Origin: Candidatus Gottesmanbacteria bacterium
GTDB lineage: Bacteria > Patescibacteriota > Microgenomatia > 2-02-FULL-39-11
Assembly (NCBI GenBank): GCA_016195685.1
Contig: JACPZE010000020.1
Coordinates: 85,725-149,724, forward strand
Length of the DNA: 64,000 nt
Direction of reading: 5' to 3'
Both the position numbers and the translations under genes were made by a program. Below, one piece after another: positions 39,024 through 49,018 of this stretch. How positions within the stretch are numbered: position 1 is the first letter of the stretch; every line of letters begins with the position of its first letter. Below the pieces are notes generated by a model, which saw only the letters and a program-made list of their open reading frames with translations, had not been told where the DNA came from and searched no databases.

Positions 39024-41005
39024 TGATGCTAGTTCTATCGATTATTAAATTTCTTGGATTCCTCACTTTTTTTATATATATTCCATCCCAAATAGTATTT
39101 AATCTTTGCAAAATCAAAATTAAAGATAATCTGGTAAACATTGGCTTGTCATTTGTATCTGGAATTGTCATAATAACTCTTATTTCTTTGGTGATAAGGT
39201 ATGCGGGATTAAGTTTCTCGGTGTTATGGATTATATTTCTCCTGAGTTTATTTTATTTAGTTTTCAGATTTAAGATAAAAAATTTCAGAGAAATTTTAAA
39301 GCAAAAAATCTTCCCCAAAAATAAGTCAGCCCAAATAATATTATTCCTAGTTTTAGGAATGTGTGTTATCTTACAAAATTTAGTACTTTTTTCCGGTGGA
39401 ACACAAGTGTCTGGTGGTTTAGCTTTTCCCTCTCCACATGATACTATGTGGAATATAGCTTTGGCATCGGAATTAATTCACCGTTTTCCGGCCGATAATC
39501 CTGCAGTTTCAGGCATATTATTGAAAAATAACCATTATTTTTACCCCCTTTTTCTTTCTGTTGCTAGATCCATAACCGGTATTGATATTTTTGACCTTTA
39601 TTTTAGATTTGGTCCAATTTTAGTCTCCATACTATTTGGTTTGGGATTGTATTCAGTCAGCAAAGTTTTTATCGATAATATTTATTTTCGGATTACTGCA
39701 GTTTTCCTGGGATATTTTTCTGGAAATTTTGCTTATTTACTGCCATTTATATTTGGTAAGAATTTTGATTGGAAAGGTAATACGTTTTTTTCCGATCAGC
39801 CTTTTGATCAACTTATAAATCCTTACTCAGTGTTAGGTTTTGCGCTTATGCTTTTTGGAATTTATTGTTTATCACAAATTCATACCCCAAAGAAAAATTT
39901 ATCTCTGGGATATAGTATTGTGGGTGGAATATTATTGGGTTCTTTATACGGATTTAAATCATTTGGTGGTGTTATAGTAATTTTAACTTTAGTAATCAGT
40001 ACTTCTATTTCTTTTGCTTTCAGTAAAAAGCTGACTTTTCTTCCGGTTACTGCATTAAGCATGGGTTTATTTGTTTTTATCTTTCTATTTACTACAGATC
40101 CATCAAAAGCATCATTAATTTGGGCACCGGGTTGGTTGCTTACTCAACTTATGACTGATCAGGATAAACTGAATTTACCCCAATTTGCCAATCTTGAAAG
40201 ATTCTACGCTTTTTCTTTCAATAGACTGGGGTTTCTGAAAATAAAGTTTATAGAATTTTTTATTTATTTGATTGGAAATCTTGGTACACGACTCTTAGGT
40301 ATGATTTATCTGGTTTTTTATTTTTTAAAAAAATCAGTTTATATTTTTGATAAATATATCTATTTATTTATGATAGTCGCTACAATCATATCCATTGCGA
40401 TTCCTCTTTTTTTTAATCTCACAAACAGTACTTTCAATATTATTCAATTCACACCTTACGCATTGGTAATTCTTAGTTTGATTAGTACGGTCATACTGGA
40501 GATAATTTATAGTTTCTTGGTTTTTAAAAAACAGCGACTTATTGGTATAGTTATCATAATTATTTTTATAATTTTATCTATACCGGTGAATGTCAAAAAT
40601 GTTATTAGCAAATTTGAAAGACCAAAAGATATTCTTTCGTATGGAGAATTATCAGCATTAAAATATTTGCAAGACAATTCAAACGCGCAAGATATTATTC
40701 TGATAAATCCTTCTACTTTTTCCCAAGATCCAATTTATATTCCTGCGATTAGTGAAAGAAGAGTATATCTAGCAAGTCCAGGTTATGCTATTCAGACAGG
40801 TGTTGATCCTGTAAGTCGTTTGAAAGAAATTAATATATTTTTTCATACTTATAATAAAGAATTTTTGGCAAAAAATAAGATAGCATATATATATGAGTTA
40901 AGAACAAATTCTTCCTCAAATCGAAATGATTCTTTATTTAAGCTGGGATTATCAAGCGTCTTTGAGAATGATAAAGTTATAATATGGAAAGTTAATATAA
41001 CTTAA
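39023..41005 (+). CDS. Large polytopic membrane protein of unknown family (660 aa) embedded in the ArnT-like array
   Basis: About 14+ predicted TM helices. Conserved-looking loop FPSPHDTMWNIALASELIHRFPADNP. Hydrophilic C-terminal ~120 aa (LINPSTFSQDPIYIPAISERRVYLASPGYAIQTG...). TAATG overlap with the upstream gene. Confidence 0.4.
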   Translation: MMLVLSIIKFLGFLTFFIYIPSQIVFNLCKIKIKDNLVNIGLSFVSGIVIITLISLVIRYAGLSFSVLWIIFLLSLFYLVFRFKIKNFREILKQKIFPKNKSAQIILFLVLGMCVILQNLVLFSGGTQVSGGLAFPSPHDTMWNIALASELIHRFPADNPAVSGILLKNNHYFYPLFLSVARSITGIDIFDLYFRFGPILVSILFGLGLYSVSKVFIDNIYFRITAVFLGYFSGNFAYLLPFIFGKNFDWKGNTFFSDQPFDQLINPYSVLGFALMLFGIYCLSQIHTPKKNLSLGYSIVGGILLGSLYGFKSFGGVIVILTLVISTSISFAFSKKLTFLPVTALSMGLFVFIFLFTTDPSKASLIWAPGWLLTQLMTDQDKLNLPQFANLERFYAFSFNRLGFLKIKFIEFFIYLIGNLGTRLLGMIYLVFYFLKKSVYIFDKYIYLFMIVATIISIAIPLFFNLTNSTFNIIQFTPYALVILSLISTVILEIIYSFLVFKKQRLIGIVIIIIFIILSIPVNVKNVISKFERPKDILSYGELSALKYLQDNSNAQDIILINPSTFSQDPIYIPAISERRVYLASPGYAIQTGVDPVSRLKEINIFFHTYNKEFLAKNKIAYIYELRTNSSSNRNDSLFKLGLSSVFENDKVIIWKVNIT

Positions 41006-41006
41006 A

Positions 41007-42617
41007 ATGAAAAAAGTACTTCTTTTATTCATTATTGGTTTGGCATTGAGTTTGCGTATTTTTCAATTAGGACAAACTCCAGCTTCCCTTTATTGGGATG
41101 AGGTTTCTTTAGGTTATAATGCCTATTCAATAGCTACTTCACTTCATGATGAACATGGGGAATACGTCCCTCTTGCTAGATTTATAGCATTTGGCGATTA
41201 TAAGCCTCCTGGATATATCTATGCAGCGGTACCAAGTATTTTAACCTTCGGGCTAAATGAATTTGCCGTTCGTTTTCCTTCAATGTTAGCAGGATTACTT
41301 ATGGTCTTGATTACTTATTATTTCACAAAAGAACTTTTTGCGAACGATAGTATTGCATTATTATCAAGCTTAGTTATAGCTATCTCACCTTGGGCGATTC
41401 AATTTTCCAGGGCAGCCTTTGAGGCCAATTTGGCAGCATTTTTCAATCTATTTGGAGTTTATTTATTTTTAGTTTCTCGAAGGAAAAAATGGATAATTAT
41501 TTTGTCTGTAATTTCGTTCATTTTATCTTTTTATACTTTTAATGCCAATAGAATTATTGCCCCACTTCTTCTTTTATCCTTGTCAATTATATACGGGAAA
41601 TCAATAATCAATAACAAGAAATGGGTTCTAATTTCCATAATAATTTCATTGATTGCTCTAATGCCTAGTTACTCTTATTTGCAAAGTCACGAGAGTAAAC
41701 TTAGATTTCAAGAAGTATCGATATTTAATAATTTATCCCCGGTTGAAATTTCAAATGAAAGAATCAAAACAGATGGTAACACTTGGTGGGCGAAAATAAT
41801 TCATAATAGACGAATACTATTTGCGGAAGATTATTTAAAACATTATTTCGACAATTTTTCCGGGCGCTTTCTTTTTACTCATGGGGATATCAATCCGAGG
41901 TTGGCGGTACAGAGTATGGGAGAATTTTATCCTTGGGATTTGCCGTTTTTACTTATAGGAATTTATTGGTTAGTAAAAAAAAGGGAAAAAAATCTTGCAG
42001 TTTTATCCATTTGGATGATGATAGCGGCCATACCAGCCGCAACAGCACGGGAAACTCCTCATGCCCTTCGGATATTATCAATATTGCCAACTTATCATAT
42101 ACTCATCGCTTATGGATTATTTCATGTGATTAAATGGATGAAATTAAAAATACATAAGCAAAATATACTAATTGCTTTCTCTGTCATTTGCTTTTTGCTA
42201 TCTGTAAATATTTTTTATTACCTACATGATTATTATATACATTATTCTAGAGATTGGAGCGGCGAGTGGCAATATGGGTATAAGCAAATGGTTTCTTATG
42301 TATCATCTGTTGCAGATAAGTATGATCATATTTTTGTAACCAATGCATTAGGTAGACCATATATTTATTTTGCTTTTTTTGATAAATATTCTTCTGCTGA
42401 TTTTAGTAAAAATAGGGTAGCAGAAAGAGATTGGTTTGGTTTCTGGGACGTGAAATCTCTAGGAAAAATTCAATTCGATTTTAGTACTTTACCCAAGTCA
42501 ACGGGGAGAATATTAATTGTGAATACACCCGGTAATCTACCAGGAGATTTTCATCTGTTACAAAAAGTTAAAAACCTAAAAGATGAAGATGTTTTCTGGA
42601 TTGCAGAGAGAATATGA
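41007..42617 (+). CDS. ArnT/PMT_2-like GT-C glycosyltransferase, tandem paralog 6
   Basis: WDEVSLGYNAYSIATSLHDEHGEYVPLARFIAFGDYKPPGYIY...VRFPSMLAGLLMV. Confidence 0.65.
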   Translation: MKKVLLLFIIGLALSLRIFQLGQTPASLYWDEVSLGYNAYSIATSLHDEHGEYVPLARFIAFGDYKPPGYIYAAVPSILTFGLNEFAVRFPSMLAGLLMVLITYYFTKELFANDSIALLSSLVIAISPWAIQFSRAAFEANLAAFFNLFGVYLFLVSRRKKWIIILSVISFILSFYTFNANRIIAPLLLLSLSIIYGKSIINNKKWVLISIIISLIALMPSYSYLQSHESKLRFQEVSIFNNLSPVEISNERIKTDGNTWWAKIIHNRRILFAEDYLKHYFDNFSGRFLFTHGDINPRLAVQSMGEFYPWDLPFLLIGIYWLVKKREKNLAVLSIWMMIAAIPAATARETPHALRILSILPTYHILIAYGLFHVIKWMKLKIHKQNILIAFSVICFLLSVNIFYYLHDYYIHYSRDWSGEWQYGYKQMVSYVSSVADKYDHIFVTNALGRPYIYFAFFDKYSSADFSKNRVAERDWFGFWDVKSLGKIQFDFSTLPKSTGRILIVNTPGNLPGDFHLLQKVKNLKDEDVFWIAERI

Positions 42618-44227
42618 AGTCTAAAGTTATTATTTTATTGATATTCGTATTGTCATTTATTTTGCGTTTTTGGCAACTTGGTATAAATCCTCCATCACTT
42701 GATTGGGATGAAGCCTCTTTAGGATACAATGCTTATTCTATACTTAAAACTGCGAAAGATGAGTACGGTAACTTTCTGCCTCTTTCGATTCGTTCTTTTA
42801 ATGATTATAAACCACCTCTTTATAGTTATTTAACTATTGGACCAGTAGCTTTTTTTGGATTGAATGAATTTTCTACAAGATTCATTTCAGCCTTATTGGG
42901 AAGTCTTACGGTTGTCGTAGCATATTTTTTAATGAAAGAATTATTACCGCAAAAATCAAAAATATTATATATGCTTTTTAGTCTTTTTTTTGCTGTTTCT
43001 CCATGGCATCTACAATTTTCTAGAATCGCATTTGAAGCAAATAGCGCATTATTTTTCGTGATATTTGGAATGTGGTTATTTTTTAAAGGTTTTAAAAAAG
43101 AACAATTCTTTCTTCTTTCTTTTGTCTCGTTTAGTCTATCTACTTATGCTTACCATAGTGAAAGATTGGTAGTTCCTCTTATTTTAATTGGGTTACTTTT
43201 CCTTTATCGAAAAGAGTTGAAGCAAAAAATGAAGTGGGTAGTAATTAGTATAGTTATTTTTGTTTTATTATTTATTCCTATTATTCAACAGCTACGTTTA
43301 ACTTCAGCCAGGTTTGGATCCGTAACCATACTAAATCCAGATGAAAAACTTGGAAAGAGTATACAATCGATTGAATATGATAAGCAACAAAAAGATTGGC
43401 TTGGAACATTGATGCACAATCGAAGAATTGTTTATGCCAGGGAAGTTTTGGGAGGTTATTTGGATCATTTTAATTTTGATTTCTTATTCATGACAGGAGA
43501 TCCTCCAGGGAGACATCATGCAGCTGGAATGGGCATGTTATATTTCTGGGATATTCCTTTTGTTCTTATCGGATTGTATATGTTACTTAGGGATAGGAAT
43601 AAGGAAAATTTATTTATACTTTGGTGGTTCGCACTAGCACCTGTAGCTTCTGCATTTACTTCTGGCACTCCTCATGCAGTGAGAGCTCTTACATACCTTC
43701 CTACATATCAGATTTTTATTGCCATCGGATCAATAGAAATGATCAGATTACTCAAAAAGCATAAAAGAAAAGTTTATGGAAGATTTTTGTTGTTTTTTAC
43801 CTTTACTTTACTCATCGTTAATTTTTCATACTATCTACACATGTATTATTTACATACGCCTCGGGAATACTCCCAATGGTGGCAGTATGGGTATAAGCAA
43901 ATGATATCCGAAGTAGCTAAATATGAAAAAAATGTTGATAAAGTCATTGTAACTTATAGGTACGATCAGCCATATGTTTTTTTCCTTTTTTATAATCAAA
44001 TAGATCCAGATTGGTACCAAAAAAATTGGGGAGGGGGAGAAATTATGAGAGCAAATAGAAGTTTTGGAAAATATGAATTCCACAATTTAGATTGGGCAAA
44101 GGATTCTCATACTACTGGCATACTTTTAGTTGGTACACCAGATGAGATCCCGAAAGACTCTTTTGGTATCCTGTCTGAAATAAAATTTTTGGACGGGTCG
44201 GTTGCCTTCAGAATTGCAGCAAGGTAA
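42614..44227 (+). CDS. ArnT/PMT_2-like GT-C glycosyltransferase, tandem paralog 7
   Basis: WDEASLGYNAYSILKTAKDEYGNFLPLSIRSFNDYKPPLYSY...TRFISALLGSLTV and C-terminal KFLDGSVAFRIAA. ATGA overlap upstream. Confidence 0.65.
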   Translation: MKSKVIILLIFVLSFILRFWQLGINPPSLDWDEASLGYNAYSILKTAKDEYGNFLPLSIRSFNDYKPPLYSYLTIGPVAFFGLNEFSTRFISALLGSLTVVVAYFLMKELLPQKSKILYMLFSLFFAVSPWHLQFSRIAFEANSALFFVIFGMWLFFKGFKKEQFFLLSFVSFSLSTYAYHSERLVVPLILIGLLFLYRKELKQKMKWVVISIVIFVLLFIPIIQQLRLTSARFGSVTILNPDEKLGKSIQSIEYDKQQKDWLGTLMHNRRIVYAREVLGGYLDHFNFDFLFMTGDPPGRHHAAGMGMLYFWDIPFVLIGLYMLLRDRNKENLFILWWFALAPVASAFTSGTPHAVRALTYLPTYQIFIAIGSIEMIRLLKKHKRKVYGRFLLFFTFTLLIVNFSYYLHMYYLHTPREYSQWWQYGYKQMISEVAKYEKNVDKVIVTYRYDQPYVFFLFYNQIDPDWYQKNWGGGEIMRANRSFGKYEFHNLDWAKDSHTTGILLVGTPDEIPKDSFGILSEIKFLDGSVAFRIAAR

Positions 44228-44236
44228 AATACAAGA

Positions 44237-45169
44237 ATGAGAATCTTAGTTACTGGAGGAGCCGGATTTATCGCTTCCCATATAGTCGATGCTTATATAA
44301 AAGATGGTCATGAAGTAATCATTATAGATAATCTATCCACAGGGAAAAAAGATTTCATAAATAAAAAAGCCCGGTTTTACAAAATTGATATCAGAAATAG
44401 AAGAGAATTAGAATTAGTTCTCAAAAAAGAAAAGCCTTCGGTAATCAATCATCATGCGGCACAAATAAGTGTACGCCATTCTGTAGAGAATCCATTTTTT
44501 GATCTGGAGATAAATTTAATCGGATTACTAAATCTAATTCAGCTAGGAAAAAAAGCGGGTTTAAAGAAAATGATTTTTGCTTCATCTGGAGGAGTTGTAT
44601 ACGGAGAGGCGGATACAATTCCTACGCCAGAGAACTATGTACCGCTTAAACCGCAATCTCCCTATGGAATAACTAAATTATCGAGTGAATACTATCTAGA
44701 TTACTTTTTTCAAAATTACCGGATTCCTTATATTGCTTTACGCTATTCCAATGTTTACGGTCCGAGGCAAAACCCCCATGGGGAAGCCGGAGTTATAGCA
44801 ATTTTCACATCGAAGCTTCTCAGAGGTGAAACCTCAATAATTAATGGGGATGGGTTGCAGACTAGGGATTATGTTTATGTAAAAGATGTAGTGGAGGCTA
44901 ATCGGAAAGCTCTGATTTCAGATAAAGTAGGCGCTTTTAACATAGGAACGTCCAGAGAAACAAATGTTTTAGAGATCTTTAACCGTTTGAGAAAGTTAAT
45001 AGGTAAAAATACTACGGTTTCCCATGGATCGGCAAAGAAAGGGGAGCAAAAAAGAAGCTGTTTGAATTGTAACTTAGCATTAAAAGTGTTAGGTTGGAAG
45101 GCAGAAAGTACTTTAAATCAGGGGCTAAAAAAAACCGTAGAATATTTTCAGCAAAATGAAAAAGTTTAA
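44237..45169 (+). CDS. UDP-glucose 4-epimerase-family NAD-dependent epimerase (GalE-like)
   Basis: ILVTGGAGFIASHIVDAY, catalytic SPYGITK (YxxxK), ASSGGVVYGE. 310 aa. Confidence 0.65.
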   Translation: MRILVTGGAGFIASHIVDAYIKDGHEVIIIDNLSTGKKDFINKKARFYKIDIRNRRELELVLKKEKPSVINHHAAQISVRHSVENPFFDLEINLIGLLNLIQLGKKAGLKKMIFASSGGVVYGEADTIPTPENYVPLKPQSPYGITKLSSEYYLDYFFQNYRIPYIALRYSNVYGPRQNPHGEAGVIAIFTSKLLRGETSIINGDGLQTRDYVYVKDVVEANRKALISDKVGAFNIGTSRETNVLEIFNRLRKLIGKNTTVSHGSAKKGEQKRSCLNCNLALKVLGWKAESTLNQGLKKTVEYFQQNEKV

Positions 45170-46622
45170 CAATAACGGATCTATTATTATAATGGGTGGC
45201 GGCTTGGCTGGACTTGCCGCGGGGTATGAACTTTCAAGAGCTAAAAAAAGGGTACTAATCATAGAAAAATGGGATGACGTAGGGGGGTTAGCTCGAACTC
45301 TTGAAGTGAATGGATTTCGTTTTGATACTGGTCCTCATCGGTGGTATACAAAAAGCAATATGGTCAATGATTGGATGCTTAAAATACTAGGTGATGAGGT
45401 GATAAAAGTACCGAGGTTAACCAGAATCTATTTTGATAACAGATTTTTCTTTTATCCAATCAAGTTAATGAATGCACTTACGGGGATAGGAATTATTACA
45501 GCTTGTCGTGCTGTGATAGATTATATTTTTGCCAGATTCCGAGCGCGTTTGTTAAAGCCTCACCTTTTGACTATGGAAGATGGTTACATCAACCAATTTG
45601 GCAAAACTCTTTACGAAACTTTCTTTAAGCGTTACAGCGAAAAACTATGGGGACAGGACTGCAAACAAATATCGATTGACTGGGTAGGTCAGAGAACTCG
45701 GGGACTTAACATTCTGACTATACTAAAAGATACTTTTTTTAAAAGTAAAGACGTTGTTTCTTTGGTGGATGAATTTTCTTACCCTAAGAAGGGGATTGGT
45801 AGATTAGCAGAAAAGTTAGTAATCGAAATCAAAAAAAGAGGTGGTGAAATCATTACATCCGCCGAAGTTAATGAGATTAATGTAATAAAAAATAAAATAT
45901 CAAGCATAGGTTTCAAAAAGAATGGTCAAAAGACTTTGGTTAAAGGTCAACAATTTATCTCCAGCATACCAATCGATGATTTTGTAAAATTAATAAATCC
46001 CAAAATAGATAAAAAAATAATTCATCTTGCGCAAAAACTTCAGTATAGAGATGAATTGCAGGTTGCACTGTTTGTAAAAAAAACTCACATAACTGCCGAT
46101 ACTTGGATATATGTACATCCCAAGACAATTCCTTTTATGAGAGTGATGGAGATGGATAATTGGAGTGATGACTTGTCTCCTGTCGGAACTACGACTTTGG
46201 TTTTTGAAGTAGCCTGCAATATTGGAGATAATATGTGGAAGAAAAGTGATACCGAAGTTATCAAAATGATTTCTGATTCATATATAAATGAGTTTAAACT
46301 AATTAACAAAAATGATATTATTGGGGGTTTTGTCCACAGAGTGCCGAAAGAATACCCTGTTTACCATATAGGCTATAAAGAAGATACTGATATCATAAAA
46401 AAACATCTTAGTGGTTTATCAAATATACAGTTAGTTGGTAGGAATGGGACTTTTAGATATAATAACATGGATCATTCAGTAGAGATGGGTTTATATGCCG
46501 CTTGGAATATTCTAAAAAACAAGAAGATGTATGAAATAGAATCTATAAACATCGAGCGAGAGTATCTTGAAGAAAAAAAGATCGAAAATATCGAAGATTT
46601 TTCTCTTGAAGAAAATGATTAA
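45156..46622 (+). CDS. FAD-dependent oxidoreductase of the amine-oxidase/UDP-galactopyranose-mutase superfamily (UGM-like candidate)
   Basis: N-terminal dinucleotide-binding [17 protein letters not shown]...[16 protein letters not shown]...GPHRW. Internal block [21 protein letters not shown] resembles the Glf/UGM segment ...ELYEKFFKGYTRKQWG.D. Adjacent to the GalE-like gene. Confidence 0.45.
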   Translation: MKKFNNNGSIIIMGGGLAGLAAGYELSRAKKRVLIIEKWDDVGGLARTLEVNGFRFDTGPHRWYTKSNMVNDWMLKILGDEVIKVPRLTRIYFDNRFFFYPIKLMNALTGIGIITACRAVIDYIFARFRARLLKPHLLTMEDGYINQFGKTLYETFFKRYSEKLWGQDCKQISIDWVGQRTRGLNILTILKDTFFKSKDVVSLVDEFSYPKKGIGRLAEKLVIEIKKRGGEIITSAEVNEINVIKNKISSIGFKKNGQKTLVKGQQFISSIPIDDFVKLINPKIDKKIIHLAQKLQYRDELQVALFVKKTHITADTWIYVHPKTIPFMRVMEMDNWSDDLSPVGTTTLVFEVACNIGDNMWKKSDTEVIKMISDSYINEFKLINKNDIIGGFVHRVPKEYPVYHIGYKEDTDIIKKHLSGLSNIQLVGRNGTFRYNNMDHSVEMGLYAAWNILKNKKMYEIESINIEREYLEEKKIENIEDFSLEEND

Positions 46623-47379
46623 GAAGTCTCCGCAGACTCCCAAAGTGATTGTGGTAATGCCTGCATATAACGCCGCAAGAACGTTAGAAAAAACATATCA
46701 TGATATCCCAAAAATAATTGATGAAGTACTGGTTATAGATGATGATAGTAATGATGAGACCGTATTCATAGCAAAAAAACTCCAACTTCCCGTTTTTGTC
46801 CATAAAAAAAATCTAGGTTATGGTGGTAATCAAAAGACATGTTACGTAGAAGCACTGAAAAGAAAAGCAGATATTATTGTAATGATTCATCCTGACTATC
46901 AATATGATGCTACTCTTACAGAAGTTTTAATTAAGCCTATTTTACAGGGAAGAGAAGATATTATGCTCGGAAGTCGAATAAGAAGCAGAAGAGAAGCTCT
47001 TGTTGGAGGAATGCCTTTATATAAATATATTAGCAACAGAGCCTTGACCTTTTTGGAAAATATAGTTCTGGGTCTTAATTTAAGTGAATATCATACTGGT
47101 TTTCGAGCGTTTAGAAGAGAAGTGCTTGAAAAGGTTCCATTTGATTTATTTTCAAATGATTTTGTTTTTGATCAGGAAATCCTGATTGTTGCTCATCAAT
47201 TGGGATTTCGCATGGGAGAGATAGCAGTACCTGTACGTTATTTTCCTGAGGCTTCTTCTATTAATTTTATGCGTTCAGTGAAATATGGTTTTATGATAAT
47301 AATCATATTAATTAGATTTATATTGGATAATTTCGGTATTAAGCAAAAAATATTCAGACATAAGAATGAAAAAAATTGA
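46615..47379 (+). CDS. GT2 glycosyltransferase (DPM1-like polyprenol-phosphate sugar synthase candidate)
   Basis: [17 protein letters not shown] ... [12 protein letters not shown] ... [13 protein letters not shown] ... [10 protein letters not shown] at 46615 avoids a 56-bp overlap with the upstream gene. Confidence 0.7.
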   Translation: MIKKSPQTPKVIVVMPAYNAARTLEKTYHDIPKIIDEVLVIDDDSNDETVFIAKKLQLPVFVHKKNLGYGGNQKTCYVEALKRKADIIVMIHPDYQYDATLTEVLIKPILQGREDIMLGSRIRSRREALVGGMPLYKYISNRALTFLENIVLGLNLSEYHTGFRAFRREVLEKVPFDLFSNDFVFDQEILIVAHQLGFRMGEIAVPVRYFPEASSINFMRSVKYGFMIIIILIRFILDNFGIKQKIFRHKNEKN

Positions 47380-49018
47380 TTACCTCATCATATTATTTAT
47401 AATTTCAGCATCGGTAATCGTTTTGAAAGACTTATTCAAACCAGGTATGTATACAAGTCATGACGGTATACATCAAGTGGTGCGTTTTTATTATTTTGAC
47501 CAGATATTGAGAGAGGGACAAATACCACCTCGTTGGGTAGGGGGACTGATGAACGGTTTTGGTTATCCTCTTTTTATTTTTTCATATCAACTGCCATGGT
47601 TTATAGCAGAAGTAATACATAATTTGGGAAGTTCGATCATCGATAGTGTGAAGATGACGTTTCTAGTTGGATTTGCAATATCTGGAATCACCATGTATCT
47701 TTTTCAAAAAGACATTTTTGGCAGATTACCGGCTTTTGCCGGTACCGCCCTTTATCTTATTTCTCCTTACCGCTTTTCCAACATTTTTGTCCGGGGTGCT
47801 ATTGGGGATGCAACAGCCTTTATATTTGCACCCCTGCTTTTTTGGGCATTTTTCCATTTAAAAAGCAGTTGGTCATGGAGGTGGATTGCTATAGGGGCGG
47901 GAGCCTTGGTAGGACTTATTTTATCCCATGTAATGGTAACAGCACTATTTATGAGTAGTTTAATAATTTATCTGATTTTTTTTCTTGCAACTATAAAAGA
48001 TAAACTAAGTTTTTTGAAAAGTTTTTTAAGCGTGATTTTATTGGGAAGCGGAATATCCGCATATTATTTAATTCCTTCATTGGTTGAAAAAAGTAATACT
48101 CAATTCCAGTCGCTTATGAGTCAGATTTTCATTGGATCATATTTTCCGACGATAAGTGAGTTAATTTATTCCAAGTGGGGATACGGTGTTTTTCATTCAA
48201 AAGAAGGGGCGATGTCACTGCAGGTAGGATTGACAGGGTGGTTTGTGGTCTTTATGACGCTGATTGGAGTTATATTCTTACCGTTATTATATAGAAAAAC
48301 TTCTAAACCAGAGGTAGAACTTTTTGTTTCTGGGAGAATCATTCTAGTTATTTTTGCTTTTACCATTTTTATGATGCTGCCTGCATCATTGCCTATTTGG
48401 AAAATAATAAGCCCAGTAGTTTTTGTTGATTTTCCCTGGCGCTATCTTGCGGTAATTACCTTTTTTGTTTCTCTCTGTGCTGGATTATTGATTGCCTTAA
48501 TAAAAAGATTTGAATTTATTTTGACATTATTTTTAATATTGTCTGCTTTATATTTTAACCGCAACCATTTGCGAATCAACGAAACGCTTGGTTGGGATTT
48601 ACCGTTTATGCTTAAGCTTGAAAGGACAACAAATAGTTTTGATGAATATAAACCGAAATGGGTTAAAGAAGAATTTATTAAAGAGAAAAAGCCTAGAATT
48701 GAATTTTCCGATAGCAATGCAAAAATTACTATAAATAAAGTTATATCAAATTATCAAAAATTTACCATTAACAATAAAGAGGATGGAAAAGTACGAGTCA
48801 ATACAATTTATTACCCCGGATGGGAGCTATTTGTAAATGGTAAATCTAAAGTCATAAATTATCAAAGCACCGGTTTAATTGAATTTGACCTCGATAGCGG
48901 CAACTCAGAGATAATTTTGAAATTTGTAGATACTCCATTGAGAAAACTAAGTAATGCCTTAAGTCTTTTTTCCATAGGAATCTTACTCTTTGGTTTTATA
49001 AAATATAGAAAAGTATGA
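47366..49018 (+). CDS. YfhO/PTPS-related-family polytopic membrane protein, paralog C
   Basis: [50 protein letters not shown] and C-terminal [23 protein letters not shown] match paralogs A and B at 9800 and 11425. Confidence 0.55.
   Translation: MKKIDYLIILFIISASVIVLKDLFKPGMYTSHDGIHQVVRFYYFDQILREGQIPPRWVGGLMNGFGYPLFIFSYQLPWFIAEVIHNLGSSIIDSVKMTFLVGFAISGITMYLFQKDIFGRLPAFAGTALYLISPYRFSNIFVRGAIGDATAFIFAPLLFWAFFHLKSSWSWRWIAIGAGALVGLILSHVMVTALFMSSLIIYLIFFLATIKDKLSFLKSFLSVILLGSGISAYYLIPSLVEKSNTQFQSLMSQIFIGSYFPTISELIYSKWGYGVFHSKEGAMSLQVGLTGWFVVFMTLIGVIFLPLLYRKTSKPEVELFVSGRIILVIFAFTIFMMLPASLPIWKIISPVVFVDFPWRYLAVITFFVSLCAGLLIALIKRFEFILTLFLILSALYFNRNHLRINETLGWDLPFMLKLERTTNSFDEYKPKWVKEEFIKEKKPRIEFSDSNAKITINKVISNYQKFTINNKEDGKVRVNTIYYPGWELFVNGKSKVINYQSTGLIEFDLDSGNSEIILKFVDTPLRKLSNALSLFSIGILLFGFIKYRKV

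Noticed and set aside
29672-44227. Possibility that the ArnT-like tandem copies are a recent DNA-level repeat or assembly artefact.
   Set aside because: The copies are highly diverged at the nucleotide level, with different lengths and different junction structures. This is consistent with ancient duplication rather than a collapsed repeat.
45156-46622. Calling the flavoprotein definitively UDP-galactopyranose mutase (glf).
   Set aside because: The shared block is also present in other amine-oxidase-superfamily enzymes and the length is atypical for bacterial Glf. It is kept as a UGM-like candidate only.
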